The notes beneath the pieces were generated by a model. It was given only the letters and a program-made list of their open reading frames with translations. It had not been told where the DNA came from and made no database searches. Position numbers and translations under genes: made by a program. Positions 45,895-55,921 of a stretch of 64,000 nucleotides of DNA are shown here, one piece after another (position 1 is the stretch's first letter; each line of letters starts with the position of its first letter). The stretch covers positions 438 through 64,437 of the forward strand of contig JALRKV010000023.1 of the NCBI GenBank assembly GCA_023254735.1, in the 5' to 3' direction. The stretch is from Pseudomonadales bacterium. Its GTDB lineage: Bacteria > Pseudomonadota > Gammaproteobacteria > Pseudomonadales > Pseudohongiellaceae.

Positions 45895-46875
45895 CTAGGC
45901 GATGCGGGCGATGGCTTCCTCAATGAGTGAGGGGATTTCATCGCGCTGTTCGTTAAAAGCTTGCTGTATGGCGCAGCTAAAGCCGAAAACGTCGGCATTG
46001 CCATGGCTTTTTACGATATTACCCTGCAAGCCCAAGAGGGTTGCGCCATTGAATCGCTGTGGATTGAGGCGCGTGTAGACCTCTCTAATATCCGACTCTT
46101 CGTTCAATGCAAAGCGCCCAGCAAGCTGACTAGTGAATGCATTCACGGCGCCTGCGCTCGCCTTGATCATTACGTTACCAACAAATCCGTCACAAACTAT
46201 GACCTCGGCCTGACCATCAAAAACAGAGTTTGCCTCAACGAAGCCGGTAAAATTGACCTGGTCTTGTGCTTCGAGCAGTCTCGCAGAGTCCTGGATAATG
46301 GCCGTGCCCTTGTAGTCTTCCGCGCCTACATTGAGTAACGCGACCCTAGGATCATTGCCAAACTGCTTCCTCGCAAGCACCGCTCCCATTATAGCAAACT
46401 GTTCGAGCTGTCGAGGTGAACAAGCAAGATTCGCTCCCACGTCGAGTAAAAGCGCTTGGCTGCGAATATTTGGCAGTGTGGCGACAATCGCCGGCAGTTC
46501 GACTCCGACAACATTCTTAAGAAGGTGACGCCCTAGTAAGAGAAGCGCTCCGGTATTACCCGCACTGACTACTGCCGAGGCCCGCCCCTGCTGATGGATT
46601 TCGACACAGCGATAGAGCGAGGTTTCACGACCCGAACGCAAGATGGTTGCGGGCTTTTCTGTGTCTAGGAAGGTCTTAGGGGTGTGAACAATATCGTAGC
46701 GACCAGAAAAGGCCTCGAGGGACGGAGCAGAAGCGAGAATCTTTCGCTTATCGCCAACCAGAATCACGGAAAGCAATGGATTCTGCTGAAGAGCGTTCAG
46801 AGTGGCGGCTACCGTCGTAGTAGGACCGCCCTCTCCTCCCATAGCATCAATTGCTATGCATTTACTCGAACTCAA
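45895..46875 (-). CDS. plsX: phosphate acyltransferase PlsX
   Basis: 326 aa with a TTG start and ...IAIDAMGGEGGP.... Confidence 0.9.
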   Translation of the reverse strand: MSSSKCIAIDAMGGEGGPTTTVAATLNALQQNPLLSVILVGDKRKILASAPSLEAFSGRYDIVHTPKTFLDTEKPATILRSGRETSLYRCVEIHQQGRASAVVSAGNTGALLLLGRHLLKNVVGVELPAIVATLPNIRSQALLLDVGANLACSPRQLEQFAIMGAVLARKQFGNDPRVALLNVGAEDYKGTAIIQDSARLLEAQDQVNFTGFVEANSVFDGQAEVIVCDGFVGNVMIKASAGAVNAFTSQLAGRFALNEESDIREVYTRLNPQRFNGATLLGLQGNIVKSHGNADVFGFSCAIQQAFNEQRDEIPSLIEEAIARIA

Positions 46876-46877
46876 AG

Positions 46878-47057
46878 CTACTCGGTGCCGAGATCCAGCA
46901 CTTTTTTGCCTTTGTAGAAGCCATCGGCAGTGATGTGATGACGGCGATGGACCTCGCCTGTCGTTTTATCAGTAGACAGCGTTGGACCCGTGAGCGCATC
47001 GTGTGAACGACGCTTGTCTCTGCGTGAACGCGTTACTTTGCTCTTTTGAACTGCCAT
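46878..47057 (-). CDS. rpmF: 50S ribosomal protein L32
   Basis: My own translation is [59 protein letters not shown] (59 aa). That is below the track's apparent ~60-aa lower size limit (shortest listed ORF is 60 aa). It holds the conserved yceD-rpmF-plsX position. Confidence 0.9.
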   Translation of the reverse strand: MAVQKSKVTRSRRDKRRSHDALTGPTLSTDKTTGEVHRRHHITADGFYKGKKVLDLGTE

Positions 47058-47105
47058 GTCTTTCTCCTAGTAAAATTCTGTATGCGCTAGTTGCGCGCAG
47101 TGCGA

Positions 47106-47633
47106 CTACTTCTTTAACTCTTTCAATATGGCGAAGGGGTTCGGTTCTCGCTCCGCACTAGGTGCTTCATCAGCATTCGAGCTAGGGAGCTCAATCTGGC
47201 ACTCGTCCTGGTCGTGATAGGCAGCTAGAGGCATCGCCAATAGGAGCTGTTCTTCCACTATGTTGGCAGGATCGAGCCTATATTCTGCTTCGATCCAGGG
47301 CTCTATCTCGCCGTCTAGCTTCGCCGCGGCCTCTTCATCTTGAACCAATGCGAGCCTTATATCGTCCACTAGCGTTAATTCTAAAGGTTTTAGACAACGC
47401 TGGCAGGCAACCGACACCTGCGCTTCTACCGCTCCTTCGATCATTTTGCGACCACGGTCGCCTATCGAAAAGTGTAGTTCGGCGCTTACCGAAAAATAAC
47501 CCTCTACCAATAAAGCTTGGAGGCGATTAAATTTCTCTTTTGACAATTCGCCTGCAAATTTTCCCTTCTGCGAGAACACCTTACGGGCATCAACGTAGTG
47601 GGGAAAGGATTCGAAATGCGCGCTGTCATTCAT
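47106..47633 (-). CDS. yceD: YceD (DUF177) large-subunit rRNA accumulation protein
   Basis: 175 aa with the CxRCL motif (VACQRCLKPL) and an acidic C-terminus. It lies upstream of rpmF. Confidence 0.8.
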   Translation of the reverse strand: MNDSAHFESFPHYVDARKVFSQKGKFAGELSKEKFNRLQALLVEGYFSVSAELHFSIGDRGRKMIEGAVEAQVSVACQRCLKPLELTLVDDIRLALVQDEEAAAKLDGEIEPWIEAEYRLDPANIVEEQLLLAMPLAAYHDQDECQIELPSSNADEAPSAEREPNPFAILKELKK

Positions 47634-47732
47634 AGGCGCGCAATAATAGGCGTCTCGGGGCCCGCTGTCAAAGGATTCCTGATAAAACTGGTTTAAGACA
47701 TAGGGACTATCTGATTGTAAAACATCACGATT

Positions 47733-48755
47733 TTAGAGCGATTCGAGTAATAGTGAGAAGTGCTTATCGATTGGTGCAGACACTTCAACACGCTTGCCCT
47801 TCTTTGGATCATCGAATGCAAGCTTCTCCGCGTGTAAACAGAGGCTAGTGACTCTGCGAAGTGATGGGGCTATTTCACGCGAGGTGTATTTATCGTCGCC
47901 CACTATGGGATGTCCTGCAAATTGACAATGCACTCTAATTTGGTGAGTACGACCGGTTTCAGGCGCAGCGCGCACTAATGTGGCGTCAGTGAATCGTTGC
48001 TGCACGGTGAAACGTGTAAGCGCAGGCTTTCCGCTATCAGAGACTCGCACTATTCTCTCAGCGTCACCCACGGCATCTTTGACTAAGCTGGCGCTAACCA
48101 TCGACACCGAGCTAGGCCAAGAACCATGAACCAAAGCAAGATATTCTTTAGACACAGTTTTCGCTCTAAATTGATCCTGTGCCGCTTTGAGGAAATGCGC
48201 GTTTTTTGCGATCAACAAGCAACCAGAGGTCTCACGATCCAGCCTGTGTGCCAGTTCGGCTTGAGCCCACTGCGTTGATACCTGCCGCACGGCTTCGATA
48301 AGGCCGAGACGAATGCCCGTACCCCCGTGCACTGCCATGCCACTGGGCTTATCTATGACGAGATAGTCCTCAGTTTCCAAGAGCACGAGGTTCATCAGCC
48401 GTGCCTTCAGCGTTGAAGTAAGCTCACCTGGTTCCTGCACATTGGCGCCACTGTAAGGTGGCACTCTGACTTCGTCGCCAAGCATGAGCTTGCGATCGGG
48501 TTTACAGCGTTTCTTGTTAACCCTTACATCGCCCCGCCTGATAATTCGATACACATGAGTGCGCGGCACTCCCTTAAGTTCACGCATTAGAAAGTTGTCC
48601 ACACGTTGGCCAGAATGCGCCGCGCTTACTTTTACGTGCTGGACACCGCTACCCCCGCCGGATGTGCCGCGATCGCTCGAATCACGCACGGCGGCGTTTG
48701 AGTGGAGTTTCTCCACCGGATTATCGACTGCTGAGTCGCTCGGGAAATCTGTCAT
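47733..48755 (-). CDS. rluC: 23S rRNA pseudouridine(955/2504/2580) synthase RluC-like
   Basis: 340 aa with an S4 domain (GQRVDNFLMRELKGVPRT) and the RluA-family catalytic HRLDRETSG. The N-terminal extension is Gly/Ser-rich. Confidence 0.85.
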   Translation of the reverse strand: MTDFPSDSAVDNPVEKLHSNAAVRDSSDRGTSGGGSGVQHVKVSAAHSGQRVDNFLMRELKGVPRTHVYRIIRRGDVRVNKKRCKPDRKLMLGDEVRVPPYSGANVQEPGELTSTLKARLMNLVLLETEDYLVIDKPSGMAVHGGTGIRLGLIEAVRQVSTQWAQAELAHRLDRETSGCLLIAKNAHFLKAAQDQFRAKTVSKEYLALVHGSWPSSVSMVSASLVKDAVGDAERIVRVSDSGKPALTRFTVQQRFTDATLVRAAPETGRTHQIRVHCQFAGHPIVGDDKYTSREIAPSLRRVTSLCLHAEKLAFDDPKKGKRVEVSAPIDKHFSLLLESL

Positions 48756-48916
48756 TGCGGCGTGCTCTCACCCTCTCAGGCTGCACAGTTTACACGAAAT
48801 ATCAGCCTAGTTTGTTGTACAATTGCGTGCTTACGCTGCCTCTATGCTATCGAGGCCTGCATGCGATTCCTCGGGACGGGTTTCGCACTCTCTCCATTTA
48901 GAAATAAGCGATACCA

Positions 48917-50656
48917 ATGCATACAATCAAACGCACGCTCACTCACCTAATCGGCGCAGAACTTACGGCCCTCACCGGCCTCGACGAAGTCAATCCCAAT
49001 GTGATTACCGCCTCCAAACCTGAATTCGGCGACTACCAAGCCAATGGGGTTATGGCGCTAGCCAAGCGTCTCGGACGCAATCCGCGCGAACTCGGCGCCG
49101 AACTGCTAGCGCGTTTGGAGGCTGCCGACAGCCCGCTGGTCGCGCGTTATGAACTTGCGGGGCCGGGATTCATCAATATTCACCTCTCTGTCGAAGCGCT
49201 GCGTATGCGGGCCAATGCCCTTTTGGAAAACCCGTCCTTATTTATATCGACGGCTGAGTCTCCGATGACTATCGTTGTTGACTATTCTTCGCCAAATCTG
49301 GCGAAGGAGATGCATGTGGGTCATCTCCGGGGCACCATCATAGGTGACAGCATCGCGCGTATCCTCGAAAGACAGGGCCATCGGGTTATCCGCCAAAATC
49401 ATGTTGGCGACTGGGGCACGCAGTTCGGTATGTTGATTACGTTTATGCGCGAGTCTTCTGCCGAAGCGGGCCTCGCGCTCGCCGACCTTGAAGGGTTTTA
49501 TCGAGCAGCGAAGCAACGCTTCGATGAGGATAGTGACTTTGCTGCACGCGCGCGCGAAAGCGTTGTTAAGCTACAGAGTGGCGATCCGGAATACTTAGAG
49601 GCTTGGCGATCTTTCATCGACACCTCGCTCACGCATTGCCAGGCTGTCTACGATAAGCTCAATGTGACCTTATCGATGGACGATCTTAAAGCCGAGAGTT
49701 TTTATAATCCGCAGCTCGCGAGTGTCGTAACTCGTTTGGAAGATGCAGGACTATTGCAAGAGTCAGATGGCGCACGGTGCGTGTTCCTCGACGAGTTTGT
49801 GGGAAAAGACGGTGATCCGCTGCCTGTCATCATCCAAAAAACCGACGGAGGATTTCTGTATGCGACGACTGACTTAGCCGCCGTCGACTACCGCTGTCAC
49901 GAACTCAACGCCGATCGCTCGCTCTATGTCGTTGATGCGCGCCAGTCGCTGCATTTTCAGCAGGTTTTTGCTGTCGCCGCTGCTGCAGGCTTCAGCGAAT
50001 CGAGTATTAGCCTAGAGCATATTTCCTACGGTACTATGATGGGGAGCGACGGCAAGCCCTTTAAGACGCGCTCAGGGGATGTGGTAAAGCTCGTAGATCT
50101 ACTCGATGAAGCGGTGTCTCGTGCCTATGAGCTAGTCAGCATGAAAAACCCAGATATCGAGGAGGCCGAGCGCAGGAAAATTGCCCAAGCGGTTGGCATC
50201 GCCTCGGTAAAATACGCCGATCTGTCGAAAAATCGCACCAGTGACTATCTGTTTGACTGGGGCTCAATGCTTAGTTTTGAGGGCAACACCGCCCCCTACC
50301 TTATGTATGCCTATGCAAGGATAGCAACCCTTCTCGCGAAACAAGGCCATAGCACCCAGACTGTGAGTCTACTACCTACGGTCTCCTCGATGACGCCCGA
50401 GGAATCAGCGCTTCTTCTTAAGTCACTTCAATTAGCAGAGACCGTTGAAGCCGTCGCGTTGGACTGCTTCCCAAACACATTGAGTACTTACCTTTACGAA
50501 TTAGCCGGTATTTTTATGCGCTTTTACGAGGCCTGTCCCATTCAAGGTGCCGATGAAATAACTCGCGCGCAGAGACTGAGTCTTTGTGTTTTAGCGTCTG
50601 AAGCGCTTAAACAGGGATTGAATCTCCTTGGGATTGAGACTCTCGAGCGGATGTAG
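48917..50656 (+). CDS. argS: arginine--tRNA ligase
   Basis: 579 aa with class-I HIGH (SPNLAKEMHVGHLR) and a C-terminal anticodon-binding domain ending ...LLGIETLERM. Confidence 0.95.
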   Translation: MHTIKRTLTHLIGAELTALTGLDEVNPNVITASKPEFGDYQANGVMALAKRLGRNPRELGAELLARLEAADSPLVARYELAGPGFINIHLSVEALRMRANALLENPSLFISTAESPMTIVVDYSSPNLAKEMHVGHLRGTIIGDSIARILERQGHRVIRQNHVGDWGTQFGMLITFMRESSAEAGLALADLEGFYRAAKQRFDEDSDFAARARESVVKLQSGDPEYLEAWRSFIDTSLTHCQAVYDKLNVTLSMDDLKAESFYNPQLASVVTRLEDAGLLQESDGARCVFLDEFVGKDGDPLPVIIQKTDGGFLYATTDLAAVDYRCHELNADRSLYVVDARQSLHFQQVFAVAAAAGFSESSISLEHISYGTMMGSDGKPFKTRSGDVVKLVDLLDEAVSRAYELVSMKNPDIEEAERRKIAQAVGIASVKYADLSKNRTSDYLFDWGSMLSFEGNTAPYLMYAYARIATLLAKQGHSTQTVSLLPTVSSMTPEESALLLKSLQLAETVEAVALDCFPNTLSTYLYELAGIFMRFYEACPIQGADEITRAQRLSLCVLASEALKQGLNLLGIETLERM

Positions 50657-50675
50657 GACGGTAGCGTTGATAGCC

Positions 50676-50704
50676 TCCCTCCGCGTTCGAGCAACGCGGA
50701 GGGA
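50676..50704. terminator. 12-bp GC-rich hairpin between convergent argS and htpG (candidate bidirectional terminator, no clear U-tract)
   Basis: tccctccgcgtt-cgagc-aacgcggaggga, verified by pairing positions 50676-50687 with 50693-50704. Confidence 0.4.
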
Positions 50705-50729
50705 AAAGTGATCGACGCCACCATCGAGA

Positions 50730-52685
50730 TTACCCGAGCGAGAGTAAAAGTTTGTTCAGGCGCGCAGAGAATTCAGCGGGATCGTCAAGTTGAGACCCCT
50801 CTGCAAGCGTTGCCTGTGCGAAGAGTATCTGAGCAATGTCCGCAAAGCGCTCTTCGTCCTGCTCAGAGTCCATTTTAGTGACGAGCAAATGCTCAGGATT
50901 CAACTCGAATATTGGCTTCACCTCGGGAACCTCTTGCCCCGACGCCTCCATAATCTTTCGCATTTGAAGCCCCATATCGTAATCGTCCACAGCGAGACAG
51001 GCGGGCGAGTCGGTAAGCCGGTGACTGAGTCGCACCGATTTCACCTTGCCTTCGAGAACGGCTGAAACGCGCGTAATGAGTCCTTCGAGTTTTTTCTCGA
51101 CCTCTTCTTGTTCTTTCTTGTCAGCCTCGTCATCTAGTTTTCCAAGGTCTAGCTCGCCGCGAGAGACGTCTTGTAACCGCTTACCATCGAAGTCGCGGAG
51201 GTGACTGATCAACCACTCGTCTATCCTGTCGCTCAGGAGCAGCACTTCGATGCCTTTTTTACGGAAGATTTCGAGATGTGGGCTGTTGCGAGCAGCTTTT
51301 GCCGATTCGGCGACCAAGAAATAGATTTTTTCTTGTCCTTCCTTCATTCGGCCTACATAGTCCTCCAAGCCTTGATCTTGAGCATCGCCTGCAGAGTGAG
51401 TGCTGTTGAAAAGTAGCAGTTTCGCAATGCGTTCCTTATTGGCGAAATCCTCGGCAGGCCCCTCTTTTAATACTAAGCCGAACTCTTTCCAAAACTTAGC
51501 GTAGTCCTCCGGCTTGCTCTTCTTCAATTTCTCTAACATATCCAGCGCGCGCTTTGTCAGTGCAGAGCGCATGGAGTCGACAACGGGATCCTGCTGAAGA
51601 ATTTCTCGCGACACGTTTAGCGAGATATCATTCGAATCGACCACCCCTTTGATAAATCGGAGATAAAGAGGAAGAAATTGCTCCGCTTCGTCCATGATGA
51701 AAACGCGCTGCACATACAGCTTGAGGCCGCGTGCTGCATCTCGATTCCATAGGTCATAGGGCGCTTGGCCGGGAATATAGAGCAGGCTTGTATATTCGAG
51801 CTTTCCCTCGACACGGTTATGACTCCAGTTCAGTGGATCTTGGTAGTCGTGTGTGACGAGTTTATAAAATTCTTTGTATTCATCGTCCTTTACGTCTTTA
51901 CGCGAGCGTGTCCACAGCGCCTGCGCGGCATTAATAACCTCATAGACTTTTTTGGGTTTCGAGTCAGGGTTGTTATCAGTAGACGCCGCATCAGATGTTT
52001 CGTCTGATTCATTCTTAGAGGCGTGGTCTTCTTTCTCCATCAACACCGGAATAGACAGATGGTCCGCGTATTTTTTCACTACAGATCGAATTCGATATCC
52101 GTCAGCAAAATCGGCTTCCCCAGCTTTGAGATGTAATGTGATAACAGTCCCCGCTTCTGCCTTCTCGGCGCTTTCAATTGTGTAGTCTGCCTCGCCACTC
52201 GAACGCCAGAGGGTCGCCGATTGCGCCTCTGTACCCGCCCTGCGGGTGAGTACCTCTACGGTATCAGCGACGATAAACGCAGAATAAAAACCGACGCCGA
52301 ACTGACCGATCAACTGTGAATCTTTTTTCTGATCACCGGTTAAACCCTGAAGGAAAGCAGCGGTGCCAGACTTAGCAATTGTACCGAGATTGCTAATCAC
52401 CTCATCACGACTCATGCCTATGCCTGTATCGGAAAGAGTTATCGTCTTTGCTTCCGAATCAAAATCGATGGTGACGCTTGGCTGTGTGTTTGCGGCGAGA
52501 AGCTCAGGATTTGAAAGCGCCTCGAACCTGAGTTTATCGACTGCATCAGAGGCGTTCGAGATGAGCTCTCTTAAGAAGATCTCTTTGTTGCTGTACAGCG
52601 AGTGGATCATCAGATGAAGCAATTGCTTCGCTTCAGTTTCAAAGCCCCGGGTCTCTGCTTGGGGCTTACTTGATGTCTTGGGCAT
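50730..52685 (-). CDS. htpG: molecular chaperone HtpG (Hsp90)
   Basis: 651 aa with the N-terminal GHKL ATPase motifs ([21 protein letters not shown]). The charged linker is longer than in E. coli. Confidence 0.95.
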   Translation of the reverse strand: MPKTSSKPQAETRGFETEAKQLLHLMIHSLYSNKEIFLRELISNASDAVDKLRFEALSNPELLAANTQPSVTIDFDSEAKTITLSDTGIGMSRDEVISNLGTIAKSGTAAFLQGLTGDQKKDSQLIGQFGVGFYSAFIVADTVEVLTRRAGTEAQSATLWRSSGEADYTIESAEKAEAGTVITLHLKAGEADFADGYRIRSVVKKYADHLSIPVLMEKEDHASKNESDETSDAASTDNNPDSKPKKVYEVINAAQALWTRSRKDVKDDEYKEFYKLVTHDYQDPLNWSHNRVEGKLEYTSLLYIPGQAPYDLWNRDAARGLKLYVQRVFIMDEAEQFLPLYLRFIKGVVDSNDISLNVSREILQQDPVVDSMRSALTKRALDMLEKLKKSKPEDYAKFWKEFGLVLKEGPAEDFANKERIAKLLLFNSTHSAGDAQDQGLEDYVGRMKEGQEKIYFLVAESAKAARNSPHLEIFRKKGIEVLLLSDRIDEWLISHLRDFDGKRLQDVSRGELDLGKLDDEADKKEQEEVEKKLEGLITRVSAVLEGKVKSVRLSHRLTDSPACLAVDDYDMGLQMRKIMEASGQEVPEVKPIFELNPEHLLVTKMDSEQDEERFADIAQILFAQATLAEGSQLDDPAEFSARLNKLLLSLG

Positions 52686-52743
52686 GTTGTTACCTCGGTC
52701 TGTCTTTCATGAATCGTTGGGTGAGAGTTCTTTTCGATTAGGC

Positions 52744-52776
52744 AAAAAAAAAGCCCGAACTCAACCAGTTCGGGCT
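52744..52776 (-). terminator. rho-independent terminator of the TonB2-type operon
   Basis: On the minus strand: AGCCCGAAC-tggttga-GTTCGGGCT followed by a run of 9 T. Confidence 0.8.
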
Positions 52777-52843
52777 TTTTATGGGGCCAGTGCTCTAAAA
52801 TTCAAGCTTTAGGTCTGACCGGTTCCTCTGCTTGGCCAGCCTG

Positions 52844-54205
52844 CTATTGCAGCGGCGGATAGCCTTGGTAGAAGTCAATCGCGTCGGCTTTACGCTGAGC
52901 GATGATGGAGTAGTATCCACGGCGACTTTCTATGAGCTTCAGGAAGTCCTGTGCCGACTTAGTCGAACGCTCATCCCCTGCCTCAGAGGCTTTCGACGCT
53001 GCATCCTTCGCTTCATCGAAAAGCTGGAGCTCTAAAAGTGCACGCGCCAAGAACAAATACGTATCCGAATCATCCTTAAGATCGCCCTTCTCGATCGCTG
53101 CCCTGAACGCCTCCGCTGCCTCCTCGTAATTATTCATTACATAGTGCAGATAGCCCAACGTGTCATAGGCATTGCCTGTTTCATCGAGTTCTGCCGCCTG
53201 AGTAGCTGGAGCCACGGCATCTTCGAGTTCGTTGGCGATAAGCAGCATCTGCGTGAGCGTAATCATGTTATCAACGTTCGCTTCGATAACCTCTGCTTCT
53301 AGCCCTTCTTCGATGATCTTAGCGCCGCTGTAGGGCACCTCGATTCCCGCGAGGGACTGTCCTAGGTTGAGGAAACGTGTCTCGTCGTCTAACAGCCCCT
53401 TCAAGTAGTAGAGGTTAAGCGATTGCACACGCCGTGCATCGTTATCGAGAGTCGCATAGATCGCACTCAGGTTCTGCCAATCCGTTTTGTTGTCAAATTT
53501 AACAATCATGGTCTTGGTCAGTTCCAGCGCACTCTCGAAGTCTTCGAGGGTGAAGTACAGACCATTCAGATAGGCGTAGTCGTCGCGCTCCACCGGCTCG
53601 CGGTCGTTAAACTTCATATCCAAATAACTAAGCCAGAAGTCACGTGCCGGCACGTATTCCTCGAGCTGGTAGTGAGCATACGACAGACCGCGGAATACTA
53701 CGCTATCTTCAACTTCCGACAGATCACGCCACTCTTCGTAATAACGAATAGAGTTCTGCCAGTTCTCTTCTGCCGCATAGAGCTGTCCGAGTGATCGTAG
53801 TGTTCTCAAGCGCGTATCCGCGCGCAAGGTCTCGATTGTCAAAAGCTCTTCGAAGATCTTTACCGCTTCGACGTAATTTTCGGTTGTTAAGTAGTAATTA
53901 GTATAGAAGTTAAGGATGGTAGACTTCTCGAAGTCATTCATTCGTTCATAACGACGTTCGTAGAGTTCGTCGAGTGCGAGCTTAGCGCCTTCGAGATCCG
54001 GCTCATCTTCCTCGTCCTCAGGCGACATCATCTCCTGGATTTCGGTAATTGCGCGCATGACCTGCGGGCCTAGCGTGCCTGAGGTTCGCGCCTCAGGTGG
54101 CTTGCGTGGTCCATCGTCTTCCTCTGCAGCGTAGGTAGCGATGCTGAGTGGAGCGATGACGAGTAAGGCGACTAACGCACGTTTTAAAGTAAGTAATTTC
54201 AACAT
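52844..54205 (-). CDS. periplasmic TPR-repeat protein, TtpD-like terminal member of TonB2-type clusters
   Basis: 453 aa with a signal peptide and repeated TPR-like helices. It lies immediately downstream of tonB, and the position matches Vibrio TonB2 systems as recalled. Confidence 0.6.
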   Translation of the reverse strand: MLKLLTLKRALVALLVIAPLSIATYAAEEDDGPRKPPEARTSGTLGPQVMRAITEIQEMMSPEDEEDEPDLEGAKLALDELYERRYERMNDFEKSTILNFYTNYYLTTENYVEAVKIFEELLTIETLRADTRLRTLRSLGQLYAAEENWQNSIRYYEEWRDLSEVEDSVVFRGLSYAHYQLEEYVPARDFWLSYLDMKFNDREPVERDDYAYLNGLYFTLEDFESALELTKTMIVKFDNKTDWQNLSAIYATLDNDARRVQSLNLYYLKGLLDDETRFLNLGQSLAGIEVPYSGAKIIEEGLEAEVIEANVDNMITLTQMLLIANELEDAVAPATQAAELDETGNAYDTLGYLHYVMNNYEEAAEAFRAAIEKGDLKDDSDTYLFLARALLELQLFDEAKDAASKASEAGDERSTKSAQDFLKLIESRRGYYSIIAQRKADAIDFYQGYPPLQ

Positions 54206-54207
54206 GA

Positions 54208-54819
54208 TTAATCCTCTAGCTCGTAGCGGAACAGATACTGCACGCCCGGAACTTCTACGCCTTGGCCATCAACGACTCGTGGCTGAAACTTGAAGCGCGC
54301 GGCGGCGCGTTCAGACGAGCGATCGAAAATATTCGGTGGCTCTGCGTCAACAACCACAATCGATTCCTCTACGACGTTACCTAACCCGTCAACTGTGAAG
54401 CTCACGAGACACCAGCCTTGAATGCCTCGTTGTGCTGCTCTGGTTGGGTATTGGGGCGCAATGGCGACAAGCGGCAGATAGTCGCCATCGGTCGCTGAGA
54501 TCGATGCATTGCTGAGTTCCAGACCCGTGTCGATCTGCACCTGGGAACGGTCAATATTAAGATCTGGTCCGTCAGAAATAGTTACCTGACGCTCAACTTC
54601 TTCGACTATTTCAGTGACTTCTTCGATAAGTTCGGGCTTGTCGATTTCTTCGATAACCTCGAGCTCGATTTCAGGCATTGTTGAGTCTACGATTTTAACC
54701 ACATTGAGTGGCTCATCTAACCCTTCGCCAGTCGCAATAAGCGCCTGCATGAAGTAGAAGAGACCTAGCGTTATCAACGCGGCCATCACCATGGATGCTG
54801 CCCATCTAACTATAATCAT
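54208..54819 (-). CDS. tonB: energy transducer TonB
   Basis: 203 aa with an N-terminal TM, an acidic linker and a TonB C-terminal domain (...YPTRAAQRGIQGWCLVSFTVDGLGNV...). Confidence 0.8.
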   Translation of the reverse strand: MIIVRWAASMVMAALITLGLFYFMQALIATGEGLDEPLNVVKIVDSTMPEIELEVIEEIDKPELIEEVTEIVEEVERQVTISDGPDLNIDRSQVQIDTGLELSNASISATDGDYLPLVAIAPQYPTRAAQRGIQGWCLVSFTVDGLGNVVEESIVVVDAEPPNIFDRSSERAAARFKFQPRVVDGQGVEVPGVQYLFRYELED

Positions 54820-54822
54820 AGT

Positions 54823-55230
54823 CTAAGCCTCCGCTGAGATTGAAACGTCGTTAATATTAGCTTCCCGAGCTGCCTTGAGAATAAGCATGATCTGTTCATT
54901 GCTTGCGCTCTCGTCGCCCTGAATGATCACTGCAGAATTCGGCGCATCGGCGAGTCTGAGCTCGAAACGTGCGCGAATAAAGCGAGGGTCGATCTGGTCG
55001 CCATCGATCCAGATATCGCCTTGCGGACCAACAGCGATCAGGATCATATCACCCGATGTATCTTCAACCGTAGAGGCCTCTGGCTTGCTCACATCTATCC
55101 CTGCCTCAGTAACGAAAACCGAGGTTACGATGAAGAAGATGAGCAAAATGAAGACAACGTCGAGCATTGGGGTGAGGTCGATCTCGCCCGCTTCTTCGTC
55201 ATCCTTTCGCTTGCTTAAGCCTTGTTTCAT
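54823..55230 (-). CDS. exbD: biopolymer transport protein ExbD/TolR
   Basis: 135 aa with EIDLTPMLDVVFILLIFFIV. Confidence 0.85.
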   Translation of the reverse strand: MKQGLSKRKDDEEAGEIDLTPMLDVVFILLIFFIVTSVFVTEAGIDVSKPEASTVEDTSGDMILIAVGPQGDIWIDGDQIDPRFIRARFELRLADAPNSAVIIQGDESASNEQIMLILKAAREANINDVSISAEA

Positions 55231-55280
55231 TGTTCTTTAGCCCTGTGTAACTCTATAAAGAGTATTGAGTGCATGTTTTA

Positions 55281-55343
55281 AGAGAGCCACCCTATCGTTA
55301 CCCGTCGCTCATGAGACGGAGATAACCCTATAGGGAGGCTCTT
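55281..55343 (-). other. long imperfect stem-loop in the exbB-exbD spacer
   Basis: The outer stem is AGAGAGCCACCCTAT / ATAGGGAGGCTCTT (12 Watson-Crick pairs, one G-U, one mismatch). It encloses the inner CCGTC/GACGG stem (55302-55306 / 55315-55319) and a short TAAC/GTTA helix. Confidence 0.55.
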
Positions 55344-55366
55344 ATCCGAGCCGCCTAGACCTATAT

Positions 55367-55897
55367 CTAGTTGCTCAGCGGCAGGTGGTCTTCTAAGAGC
55401 TCAATGTCTCTATCGACCTTTGCTTTCAAATAATTCGAAGCAAAAATACCAGAGATCGCACCGACCATTCCTGCCATAGTTGGAATCGTCGCCTTAGATA
55501 CCCCGCCGGCCATCGATTTAGCATCGCCGCCGCCCGTTACCGCCATTACGAAAAACACTTCGATCATGCCTGTAACTGTCCCGATAAGCCCCAAAAGCGG
55601 GCATATCGTGACCAGCACTTCGATAATGGGCAAGGTGTTACGCACGTCAAGGGAGATCTTCGAGATCATCATCGTGCGGATTTGATGCGCGCTCCAAGAC
55701 TTCGTGTCGCTGCGCGCATTCCACGCCGCTAACGTCGCTTTGACGTTAGCTTTGTGTGTCGTGTTGAGGTACCAGACACGTTCGAACACGAGTGACCACT
55801 TCACCAGAAGCAACCAGGCTATGATCCATAGCACTGGCCCGCCACGAAGCATGAAGCCATTTACCGCGTCAATTATGTCTAGAAATGCGAAATACAT
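55367..55897 (-). CDS. exbB: MotA/TolQ/ExbB proton-channel protein (short ExbB)
   Basis: 176 aa with ...LLGLIGTVTGMIEVF... Confidence 0.85.
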   Translation of the reverse strand: MYFAFLDIIDAVNGFMLRGGPVLWIIAWLLLVKWSLVFERVWYLNTTHKANVKATLAAWNARSDTKSWSAHQIRTMMISKISLDVRNTLPIIEVLVTICPLLGLIGTVTGMIEVFFVMAVTGGGDAKSMAGGVSKATIPTMAGMVGAISGIFASNYLKAKVDRDIELLEDHLPLSN

Positions 55898-55921
55898 ACT
55901 ATTTCCCCTTCTGGCGTCGAA

